A DNA stretch of 64,000 nt. Origin: Azolla caroliniana. Its lineage: Eukaryota; Plantae; Polypodiophyta. Shown here piece after piece: positions 24,801-35,810 of this stretch. The stretch spans positions 5,580,001 to 5,644,000 of the forward strand of contig JBHGNT010000003.1 in NCBI GenBank assembly GCA_043228905.1, in the 5' to 3' direction. A model generated the notes under the pieces. The model had not been told where the DNA came from and searched no databases. It was given only the letters and a program-made list of their open reading frames with translations. The position numbers and the translations under genes were made by a program. Within the stretch, counting starts at the first letter, position 1. Every line of letters starts with the position of its first letter.

Positions 24801-27390
24801 GTCAATGCCAACTTTGCAACATACATGCATTGCTTCCATCAATCTTAGCACTAGTGATCCTTCTACTTTAAATCCGATAGTGGATTCCAAGTTCCCTTCT
24901 AGGAATTCTCGAGCTACACATCCATTGTTAAATACAAGGGTATCTTTAGATGGTTCAGACTTTGTGAAGCGAATGAGGCTGGCTATGATGTGATTATAGA
25001 ACCAGTTGGGATCAAGAACAATGTGTGTGGTTTTGTTGGTGTATATGATGCTTCCCGACTCGCTCAAGGTTGAGGTGATCCTATTCAAATTGACTGTAGC
25101 ATTGGGACTAGAATGTTTACCCATCTTACAAATTTTGGTAAATTTGTTCCATGTAATGATTCGCTCATTCGTGTTCTTCAAATGCTTGGACAATTGTTTG
25201 CTTATCTGTGTGCAGATGCTGTACACCTTAACACCTTGGAGAATCTCTCTGGCAACTTTGAAGAAATGCTCCGCAACAGCTTTGATGGAATTCTCCTGTC
25301 TCGCATCCACTTCGAAAGGAGGGTCGACAATATTGACCACCCCTAGGAAATCTGATCGAAGAGTATCAATGGAAGGTGAGAGAGAGCTTGAGACAGATAC
25401 CATTTGATCTGCTCTTGTGAATACCACCATCACGTTAACACTAATGTTGGATTGGCGCTTTTTGGAGGCGAGGAACCTGAGCCAGTACCTGAAACTTGCT
25501 TCGAAGTCCGCCATAGTTTTCATTGGTCCTCGACCACTATTTTCGCTCAGTACAGGACTCCAAACAAACACCCACAGAGATGGCATGTCGGGGAACATAC
25601 AATCCTGGAAGGCAGGGAATTGTTGCTGGCCTGGTATGTCCCACAGCGAGAGTCTAATTCCCTGTCTTTTGATGGATCTGACTGCAATTCTTTGTAAGTG
25701 ATCAGCCTGGGCAGCTCTGCGGATTAGAATGTTTCTCAGCTTATTTCTCATTGATGGAATGCAGGGTGGATGGATGGCACGGAACTTGGTTCCTCGTGTT
25801 CGTGTGCGAGATTGGAAAGAAGATATTCTGCGCGTATGACCTCTGCCAAACAGTATGCGTGCATAGATGGAATGCATGGTGGACACAAGGGTAGTCTTTC
25901 CTGCACCAAAGGTATTATGAAAAATGCAAGCGTTAGGGTTTTTGCGTTCTGAGATCAAATTAAGCAGTCTGATGTAAATGTTTGAGAGTGAGTGTTTTGC
26001 CTGAAAATGGATCTCCACAGATGAGCAATGGCATGGAAGTTGCAGGCGCTTGCTCCCAACCTGATCTCAGCATGCGATCGCGCTGGTTCCTCCATAGCTG
26101 CGCTTGGATGGCGGGATTCATCTTAGGATGCTGAAAGAAAGGAAGGCCGGACCGAGCAAGAGCATCCACCACCGCAGAAACAGTAGATGGGCTTAATTCT
26201 GGTGAGGAGTAACCTAAATGAGGACTATCTGCTGAGTGACGCTGCATATCAAGGCTGTATAACTGAAGCGGTGATGCTGAAGCGCTAGGCGGTGCTAGAT
26301 GCGTCATGAAATTGATGAGCTCCTGCTCTCTCATATCGTCATAACTGCTTAGAGAGAGCTCTTGGAGCTTCGGCCAGTTGTGCAGGAAACCAGTGCTCCT
26401 TCGCCAGTCAAGGCATATGGAATGTATGTGCAGTCTCTGGAGAGAGGATGAGAGGGATAAGTGTGCGGGACGAAGCTCCGCTAAATTCGTAACAAAGTTT
26501 CCGGAGACATCTATACCTTCAAGGTGGAGACTAGAGAGGGAGCTAAAGTCGCGTAACACCTCCACGCACTGATCGGTAATCCTCATCCACTGCAGCGAAA
26601 GATGGTCGAGGCCATTGAGGTTCTTCAGGGCACTAAGGACATCGTAAATATTGAGGTCACAGTTGGAGATGAGCAGGCTCTTTGGCGCTGCATTACTCTC
26701 TGCAGCCTGAGAGAGAGCATCCAGCCAAGCCGACCGTTCGTCTCGGGTGAGAACCTTTAGATGCAGGAGATGAACTGCTCCACCTCTAAATTTGGCGGCA
26801 CACCTGAGGTAGTCCATCCTTTGCTCCAAAGTAGTGTCACTCCTTAAATTGACCATGATGTCGTTGCTCCCCCAATCATGTCCTCCCCTTGAGTATGACA
26901 CGTACTGTGTTGTCTTACCTGTCTCTATATGGATTAGGAACAGACTCTTTTCGCTAAGGTCATTAATCGGATGAGGTTCCGGAGGATTTGAGAGCAGGTT
27001 CAAATCATTAAGAGCGTTCTTGGATTTCTGACACGCATCTCCGCTTTCATTGGAATCCCAACTAAAGTTGATCAGGCGGTAAGGCGGTGGAAGATTCTGA
27101 TCATGATGGTGATGAGATGGGTTTGCAGCCTCCTGCTCATCCTTCCGACAGATGAGGAAGAGCTGCTTCAAACTGTCAAGAACTGCTCTGGATTTCTCGC
27201 ACACTTCTCTGACTCCATTCGCATCCCAACAAATGTGGTTAAAATGGTGAGACTGTTGAAGATTCTGTTGTTGGTGGTGGTGGTGATGATGTAGGGATGT
27301 TGCAGCCTTCAAATGGTGAGACGGTTGAAGATTCTGATGTTGTTGTTGTTGTTGATGATTATGCAGGGATGTTGCAGCCTCTTCAGCCAT
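21822..27390 (-). CDS. TORNADO1-like LRR-Roc-COR (Roco GTPase) protein with an extra fused C-terminal N-domain/LRR module, ~1822 aa; exons 27390-26001 and 25900-21822
   Basis: Splicing the 100-nt intron (25901-26000) joins two long ORFs in frame and rebuilds the P-loop GDPFSG|KTTL. G2 TRG, G3 WDIPGQ, G4 FTRAD, G5 VDAR. COR-like LSESGSIIY, IVLDPNWF, YRGRRLEC. LxxLxL repeats, a coiled coil, and TRN1-type IQLYCE...H and FGLRR...VAWLCEAH. Confidence 0.88.
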
Positions 27391-27559
27391 GATAATATGT
27401 ATGTATGATGATTAGCCAATGTATGAACGAAGTGATCTGATTGTTTAGTTAGTTTGGTCTGATTAACAAACAGCGAGGATGAAGTCAATCCCCTCTTTCC
27501 GGTTAATCTAATATTGACACATACACACCACACTCGCACGCACGCTCACATATTTACAC

Positions 27560-28680
27560 ACATACATACATACATATACATACATGGTGCAGCTTGGCAA
27601 GCCTTATACATACATATGTATATATACATAATACATGGTGCAAATAACAACTAAAAATGGTGCAAGTCTTATATGTACAACTAAGTTACTAACAATGGTG
27701 ACTTCCAAATTGCCAGCGAGGGTATGCTCGGTCAACTAAGGCATCAACATTATCATTTGGTGGAGAGGATGGTGCCTACCTCACTCCAAATTTCTTAAGT
27801 ATGGGGTTATTGTTACCTTTTTCTATTCAAGCGTGTGTAGATCTCGAGTAAGAGTAGAAAGTAGACAACGACCTTGCAACGGATTTGAAAAGCGACTACC
27901 ACAGCATTCATAATGCATATATATTGATGGAATAGTAAAAAGTTGATGATGATTGGGCACATGCTCTCTCCTTTCCCTTTTCTTTTCTGGCACTTCTATT
28001 GATTATTATTTCATACGATTAGTAGCATGTTTGATGAATAGCAATTATAACTATATTCAAATGGAGACAAAACAACAAGCAAATGCAATATGAATGACAA
28101 AAGTAATTCAAACTTTTGTCGATTAGTTTTACTTTGCCAATTCTAGTTGCTTTAGTATCTATCATGTTCTTTTGTGCATTAGAGATTTGCTAGTGGCAAT
28201 GAACAATGACCAAGAGGTAGACAATTGCATGGAATTCAAAAAATTGAATTGGGCTAGGTAGGATTGACACATACATATGCATGCATGCATACATACATAC
28301 ATACATACATACATGTGCAACTTGGCAACTCTTGAGTTTGGTAGACCACTCACTACAACTAATAATGGTAATAATGGTGAGTCGTGACTTCCAAATTGCC
28401 AGCGAGGGTATGCTCGGTCAACTAGGGCATCAACAAGATGATGTGATGGGAAGGATGGTGCCAATTTATTAATTATGGGGGTATTGTTGCACTTTTTAAT
28501 TCAAACCATGGATAAACTCTGGAGCAGGCATGACTAACGTTGCAAAGGAAATGAAAAGAGATAACCACATCATCCATTTTGTATATATATGGATGACGTA
28601 GTAAAAAGTTGATAATGATTGAGCACGTGTTCTCTCCCTTTCCTTTACTTTTCTTGCCCCCAATTGATTATTATTTGATT
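27560..28680. repeat. Direct duplication (~400-450 bp) in the divergent Roco/ANK-TM intergenic region
   Basis: ~27560-28010 vs ~28290-28678 share GTGACTTCCAAATTGCCAGCGAGGGTATGCTCGGTCAACTA and TAGTAAAAAGTTGAT..TGATT; both start at (CATA)n tracts. Confidence 0.85.
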
Positions 28681-29100
28681 AGCACATATATATTTTAAGT
28701 TGATCCGGACAATCGTCGTTAAGATAATTTGTGGTCACATTGACTAGAAACACATGGCATATTGAACAATTGATCATGATTGGACACATGCTATATCCTT
28801 CCATTCTCCTTTTCCGTCTTATTAAAAAGTGCCTTTGCCGCGCTGGAGGTTTACTAGTGGCGTTGCACAAAGAACAAGAGGTAAAGACAATGACATGGTG
28901 TTGAAAAATTGAATAATAGCCTGTGGGGTTAACATATACATACATACATACATACATACATACATTTACCTATCTATCTATATATATATATTTATAATTT
29001 TATATGCATACGGAGTTATGGGGTCATGTGTGTCTACTTCTTTCTCCATTACATACTTCTGGCAAGGACAAACCTGAGATCTAGTTAGAGTTCAAAACCA

Positions 29101-30846
29101 ATGTCGACAGAAGACAGTGCACGACAACTCTCTGAATCAACGACCAGTGGAGCGTTGAGAACTAGGGCAGGCTACTCTGCCTTGCATTTAGCTGCTCTCC
29201 AAGGGAACATTGATGTAGTAGAGTCACTTTTCAGCGCGTGTCCTGCTGCTGCTGATTGCAACCTCCCCGAGGAGGTTAGCGACAACACACCCTTGCACTT
29301 TGCTGTTCAGAATGGGCACAAGCATGTCGCCGCCAGACTCGTAGAAGCGGGCGCCTCGCTTACCCTCCTAAATGATAAGAACGTGATGCCTCTGGGCCTT
29401 TGCAAAGATCCAGAGATGTTTCGGACCCTTTTCTCGCGAATTGATGATAGAAGAATCGAGAATGAGATGGAGGAATCCAGGGCAAACTTGCACCCCTGCA
29501 AAACCATTCTGCATTATGCAGCTCTTCATTGCACAGATGAAGCTTTGATAAAAAAGCTTTACTTAGCTGCAGCCAGTACTCGGCCAAGATATCTACCAGG
29601 TCATCAATCAAGTAAGGAATTGTTAGAGCATGTTGATGAAGAAGGGAACCCATTCTTGCACAAGGCCGGAAAGCATATGTTGAAGGTGATCTTCAAGGGG
29701 CTGATTAGGAAGGAGCGAGACTTCACAAAGCTGGTGGTCATGAATTGTGGACTGTACGATGCCATCATGGGCAACAAACGACTATTTGATGCACTAGCGT
29801 CTCAAGAGTCAACTTCCGACGACCAGAGGAACCCAATAATCAATTTGAACTCTATAGAAAAGGAGCTCCGGTATAAGCTTGACGTTAGGCGTAGCGATGC
29901 AGAAAAGAAGGAAAAGCAAGTCCTGCAGCAACCATGGACGAATTCTCTCCCTACATATCTGGCTCTTTACCTGGGTAAGCACGAGGTCTTAAACTTCCTA
30001 CTGGATTCAAGATTGGGGTTCACTTTGAATCAATCGGATGCAGTGGAGAAAAGGACCTGCTTACATTGGGCAGTGGTACACAATCGAGTGGACATTGTGG
30101 ATAGGCTCTTTATCTGCTCCCTCAGCTGTTGCAAGGGGAAGAAGCACAAGCAAGAGATGGTTGACTGTCGGATGAGGTTCAAGAAACCAAGCCCTAGTGT
30201 AGTGGATGGTGCAGGGATGACAGCATTCCATATTGCATTTAACCAGAAGAATGAGGTGATGATGCAGACCCTGAGGAGGCAGAAGGAATTCAACGAATAC
30301 GAAGACAAATTGCTGAAGGACAGGGAAGTGTATGTGCAATCAGTGAATGCAATCCTGGTGGGTGCAGCATTGATAGCCAGTATCACATTTGCCGGATGGT
30401 TGCAAGTGCCATCTCATGTGTTCAGCAGCAAGGAAATGTTTACCTTCTGGATCACCAACAGCTTGTCATTCCTCTCTGCGGTTGGGGCGATGGGTTGGAG
30501 CATCGGGATCCTGCTACTCACGCCGACGATCTACATCGGCCAAGTAGTGGTCGAGCTTCGAAGGGGTATCATGTACATTGCATTTTTCCTGGTGTTTTCG
30601 TTGATGGGAGCCATGATAGCATTTATAACAGCAGGTTTTGCTGCATTTGAGGATCAAGCTCCCCAACCGAAGTACAAGATAGTGATGGGAACCGCTGCAG
30701 GTCTCGGTGGCCTTGTTTGTGTGGCCATTGGAATGTATTATGTACGCCAAGTGAAACTTCACAGTTCTGCATATCGACAACAAAGGATCACATCCCATTG
30801 CAATGAACAGCATGAGCAACCACAAGACACTATAGACTTAGCATAA
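29101..30846 (+). CDS. Ankyrin-repeat transmembrane protein (ACD6/ITN1/PGG-domain-like), 581 aa, single exon
   Basis: ANK repeats GYSALHLAALQG, NTPLHFAVQNG, TILHYAA, RTCLHWAV, GMTAFHIA. PGG-like start SVNAILVGAALIASITFAGWLQVP, followed by three further hydrophobic helices. The ORF is uninterrupted. Confidence 0.9.
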   Translation: MSTEDSARQLSESTTSGALRTRAGYSALHLAALQGNIDVVESLFSACPAAADCNLPEEVSDNTPLHFAVQNGHKHVAARLVEAGASLTLLNDKNVMPLGLCKDPEMFRTLFSRIDDRRIENEMEESRANLHPCKTILHYAALHCTDEALIKKLYLAAASTRPRYLPGHQSSKELLEHVDEEGNPFLHKAGKHMLKVIFKGLIRKERDFTKLVVMNCGLYDAIMGNKRLFDALASQESTSDDQRNPIINLNSIEKELRYKLDVRRSDAEKKEKQVLQQPWTNSLPTYLALYLGKHEVLNFLLDSRLGFTLNQSDAVEKRTCLHWAVVHNRVDIVDRLFICSLSCCKGKKHKQEMVDCRMRFKKPSPSVVDGAGMTAFHIAFNQKNEVMMQTLRRQKEFNEYEDKLLKDREVYVQSVNAILVGAALIASITFAGWLQVPSHVFSSKEMFTFWITNSLSFLSAVGAMGWSIGILLLTPTIYIGQVVVELRRGIMYIAFFLVFSLMGAMIAFITAGFAAFEDQAPQPKYKIVMGTAAGLGGLVCVAIGMYYVRQVKLHSSAYRQQRITSHCNEQHEQPQDTIDLA

Positions 30847-31448
30847 AGGTTTCTTCACATGAACTAACACAAGCAAGTGGTACATTGATGGCCAGTTTTC
30901 CCATTTCCCCCCCCCCCTCCCCCCACTTGAAAACCACATGTTTAAGTTCTTTTTAAACCCATGTACATTTGATGGCCAATTTCCCAATCCCCCCCCACCC
31001 CCAACTATATATAGGCCAAGAATGCTGTTTCCCTTTGTATGATAAAAAGTGGAGGTCAAGTGGAACCAAGACGAAACCATTTAATTTGTAATTGTTGAAT
31101 GTTCAAGACCTTTACTGAAACATTGCAACTGAAAGTATCGTGAAAGTAATGAGTGAAAGGAGTGAGCCAGATTGAAAAATATGTAGAAAGCAAAGCTCAA
31201 ATGTAGAGTATTGCAGCGAAGTGTATTAGAGAGAAAGAGAAAGAGAGATAAATATAATACAATGATTAACGGGACTTGCACAAATAATGGGTCCTCCCAC
31301 TATCTATATATTCTGGGTAAGATGTCTCATTATTTAATTACTTGGTAGCTACTATTATCTTCTGAATATGGGGTGCTCCTCGTACCAGTCTAATTAGTCT
31401 AATATGGGCAATGGAAGGGCACAATAGAAAGGCCGATTGTGACGATCA

Positions 31449-31780
31449 ATGCCTCTTGGTCTTCATAGAATTAAGAAACAATCTCTAGCTACGAAAGCCA
31501 AATTTGTTCTCTCATTCAGTGAAAGTAAAGTAGATGAAATACACATGAAAAACACTACAATGTTGGTACATGGAGAGTGGGACACCAACTTTGTGCATAC
31601 ATATAATGAAACATTTAAAGGATTGTGCATACTTAGCCAATTATAACACAAGCACCAATATATCCAAAAGATGAAACCCGTCTTTTATTCAAAAGATGTC
31701 CAAGTATGAAAATTGCACAAAATCTTGATCTTTTCATCAAGTTGCAAAAGTAACATTCTTCGGAATTAGTGTATAACATG
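31449..31780 (+). mobile_element. Possible degenerate LINE remnant
   Basis: LGLHRIKKQSLATKAKFV resembles the GGLG...ALxAKW motif downstream of plant L1 RT. Short and decayed. Confidence 0.3.
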
Positions 31781-31930
31781 TCACACACATGCACATGCAC
31801 AATGACCATAATAAGAATTGTAATGCAATCATGGATCATCTTCTAATGGCAAAATTATTTAGTCTTTAAATGGAAACACAATGGTAAAACATTATGCCAT
31901 TGCAAAAGGTTTAATCATTATGCCGGAGCC

Positions 31931-32700
31931 TAGCAGTGATAACCATCACCATCATCGGCTCTGTCATCTGTCTGATCAAGGTGGATGGTGTTGAGAACCT
32001 GTTCCTCATCGATAAGAAGAACGAACATCATGGCAGAATAGGATATTCTTCACACTGATGGACGCATCGGAGAAGAACGAGTTTGGGGAGAAGAGACATC
32101 ATGCTCAATTTAGGAGGCACCACTGCAGAACAACGAATGGCGTACCTCAGGGATGCCGCCCATTTCAGGGGGGGAGCAGTCCATCTACTGTTTAAGCAAA
32201 ATTCCATCACCCAAGATGAATGAAAGGCTTGGTTGGAGGCCCTATCTCTATGGCTGCAGATCATGATGTGGTCCCCAGGAACCTGCTCATCCAGGGAGCA
32301 ATGACAGCAAGGCCCCTATTCCATACTTATGGTCTTCTCAGTGCATCTTTACTTGCTGCAGAGGGACATAGACGATGAGTGCATCGAGCTGTCACCTCCC
32401 TTACCAGCCTCCATCTTCAACAGGGTTTGTCAGAGGATTGGCAGACTTTCGTCCTTCAGATTCACCCCTAGAAGCCTCTCTACAGAGATTGCATATATCT
32501 TCCATATACAGTAGTACCTGGAGTAGAACTACTGGTTTCCTACATCGCTGGCCGCAGCTCAAAGAGCTCTCTCTGCAAAGTTTTATCGGCATGAAAGAGG
32601 AAAAGCACCTGGATTTCATGGATCATCTAGCACCGCCAGAGGAAGAGACAGCTGCCCTAACACCCGTGCATGACCTCCTCCGTTATACAGCCTTGAGTTA
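31931..32700 (+). pseudogene. Inverted fragment of a Roco N-domain/LRR module (copy D)
   Basis: Frameshifted pieces VENLFLI, WGRRDIMLNLG..EQRMAYLRDAA, LEASLQRLHI..WSRTTGFLHRWPQLKELSL match the cluster's LRR module, but on the opposite strand. Confidence 0.8.
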
Positions 32701-32836
32701 ACAGCCTACATTCAAGAAGGATGGAATCGAGGTGCATGCCATCAAGAAGGATGGAATCCGAGTGTGGAGGGTCAGCAATGTCAATCGACCCTTTAAAATC
32801 TGATCAAAGAGAATCAATGGAAGGTGAGAGAGAGCA

Positions 32837-34739
32837 AATTAACACCATGGATGCCAATAGGTTGTGCACATATTGTAGTCAAGTTGTTGATGATACTCTT
32901 TTCCACAAACATTAAGGTACTTAACATGTCTTGTTTAGCATTATTTTGAGCCCAAACCAACACATCGATCACATAGTTTGATTTTACTTGATAGATGATG
33001 ACGACTATCACATTCTTTGGAAAACATATGTATATAAAATCTTTACCGAGCACTATGTCATTGTTATCATCCTCACATTGAAATGCATTGTTAAATAACA
33101 TTTCAATCCTCAAAAACAATCTTGATGTAAGAAAGTCTTCATCTTCACACTCTAAACTTCCACCTATATATACAAAAGTATCATCATGATCTAAATTGCA
33201 TGCGGTGGATGAAGTCCACACCCACATCCTTGGTTAATATGGCTGGGATAAAGATAAGATATGCATTGCTTCTAGGGACTTTGCAACAATGGTGCATGAC
33301 TTCCATCAATTCTACCAGTAATGAGCCCTTCACTTTAGATCCTGTGATGGATTCAAATATCTGCTCTAGAAAATTCAGAGGGATGCATCCTTTGTCAAAT
33401 ACAATGGTACCCTTCGATGATATTTTATAGTTTAGGAAACCATTGAATCACTGAAGCTCCCCATGGTTTGATTGCAAAACCAACCATGGTCTGATTGCAA
33501 AACCAATTGGGATCAAGAAAGATGATACTTTATAGTTTATGTATATGATGTTACCAGATTCATTCAAGGACATGGCAATTGCATTTAGTTTAGCTTGGTC
33601 AGCTATCCAAGAGTTGGTTTGCGCTATTGCAGATATTTCCAAATTTTGTCCATGTAGTGATTTGTTCATTTGTTTTCTTTGAATGATTTGAGAGATGTTT
33701 GCTTACCTATGTGTAGATGTCATAGAGCTCAATTACCTTCGAGCATCTAGGAAGATGGATTCTGCTACGGCTTTGACAGAATCCTTCTTTCTTGCATCCA
33801 CATATGGAGGGTCAACGATGTCGATCGACCCTTTAAAATCTGATCAAAGAGAATCAATGGAAGGTGAGAGAGAGCTTGAGACGAGCTCCAGTTGGTCTGA
33901 TCGTGTGAAGACCACGATCACTCTGAGAGGATTGATGGATTGACAGCTTTTGGAGGCCAGGAAGTTGAGCCAGAACATGAAGCTTGCTTTGAAGTCAGCT
34001 TCTTTTTTCTTTGGTCCTTTATGGCTACTTTCGCTATCCATGGGGCTCCAAACGAACATGGACATGGATGGAACATGATAAGAGCTGGTTCCTATGTCGG
34101 GGAACATGCAGTCATGGAATGTGTGTAACTGTTGTTGGCCTGCCATGTCCTACACAGAAATTCGGATTCCATCCTTCTTGATGGCATGCACCTCGATTCC
34201 TTGTGTACGATCTCCTGTAAACAAAGCTCTCAGCTTATCTCTCTTGCGGCCATAGATGGAACTCATGGTGCATACAAGGGTAGTATTTCCTGCACAAATT
34301 CAAATGCACTGCAGAGTGTTAGTGCGTTTATCTTCATTAATCTAGCTTGTTTGATTTTCGATGTCTCAGGCTGTGTTCTGTTTTTTAACTTCCAAATGGA
34401 TCTCCGCAGATGAACAATCACATGGAAGTCGCCGGCATTCACATGGATTCCAACAAGAAATTGTGCTGGTTCCTCCATAACATGAGTATCCCAGAAATGT
34501 CCAGATCCCTGGATGAGGAGGCTCCATATACTGCAGAGAAAGATGTCACAGTCCCTTGCTTTGCTTTAGGGCACTCAGAAGACCATGAGTACCCCTGAAA
34601 TGTCCAGAACCCTGGACAACGGAGGATTGAGACTATGTAGTAGAGCTTCTCTTGATTTCTCACACACTTCTCTGATCTCGTTCGATTCCCACTCGTTGAT
34701 GATGAGGCGGTGAGGCTGTGGAAGTAGCTGTTGAGCCAT
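32837..34739 (-). pseudogene. Roco pseudogene (copy E): N-terminus, deleted LRR, Roc and partial COR
   Basis: ATG at 34739 (MAQQLLPQPHRL...). LWRNQHN, ICGDPF, MAGQQQLHTFHDCMFPD, VVFTRSD, SNYVIDVLV. Multiple stops and frameshifts. Confidence 0.85.
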
Positions 34740-35810
34740 GGTAGGAATTGAGAGCAGCAGGTGAAGAAGAACATACACTTAGAAGAGGAAGAATGTGTGG
34801 ACCAAAGTAATGTGATTTCTCACTGTCTCTGTCCTTAAGGAATTACAGGAAGGAGAAGATAAACAAGACAAATTGTACATATATGTATAAGAGACAAGTT
34901 CAATTCAATGGAGATTAATGTAGCAGAGATTTTCTGATTTGTTTGGCTGACATTTCCTCCTGTTGGGCTCCACTTAATTGACTATTTACTCATAGTTTTG
35001 AATCTTATTTTCTGGATTTTCTGATCTAGAGAGAAGAAAAGAAACTGAAATGTTGAAACTATATTTGATTGCCAATTAAACACACAACCAAGCTGCCATC
35101 CCATTACAATAATGCAGCGAGCACCCAATGTGATGATGATGGCAAATTGGTCATGTTTATACTTGGATTATTCACCATTACATTCGTGATGAATTTTAAG
35201 AATAGGTCTATTGATCACAGACATTGGATTTGTAGGAATCCATCCATCCATCATGTGGGAATATCGTCCGAGAACTTGGCGCAGTCATTGAAGTTCGATT
35301 GGGGCGTACTTCAGTATGTTATGCTTTTTTTGAATCAATAGCTCACAAAAGCATTGACTAGATTCTTGTTTTGTTTAGAGAGTTTGATATGACTTGGATG
35401 ACAAGGGTTTGGAAACATGCAATTCATAGCCAAATGACAGGCTAGTCTATGGAAGTTCTTCATTGGGGGTTTGTGATCAAATGATTTCACTAGCTGACCT
35501 ATACATGGAGGCGAAGATAGATATATTTGAGTATCAGTGAAAAAATCCCTATGCAATTGAAATGCATGATAATTTATGAAGAAATAGGACTTTCTATTAG
35601 TCATAGTTGAATATCTACGCAATTGAAATGCATGATAAATTATGAAGAAATAAGACTTTTACTAACTGACCTATACATGAGGCAAAGATAGACATATTTG
35701 GAGGTGAAGGTAGACATATTGAATGTATGGCAAGTAATTTGGCTCCAAGAGCCTTGTATACTGTACCCCACAAGATATTTCATCCATATATAAGAAGCAT
35801 GTAGTTGGGA
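34628..35810. repeat. Segmental duplication partner of 1-1350
   Basis: Collinear similarity to the window start, including the Roco ATG and its upstream region. Confidence 0.9.

Noticed and set aside
25901-26018. 1398-aa ORF as a separate gene starting at 26018
   Set aside because: Its first ~40 codons are mostly intron. The P-loop is only complete after splicing to the upstream ORF.
21822-27390. NLR (NB-ARC) or LRRK kinase call
   Set aside because: No kinase-2, GLPL or MHD motifs and no kinase domain. The motifs are small-GTPase G1-G5 plus COR.
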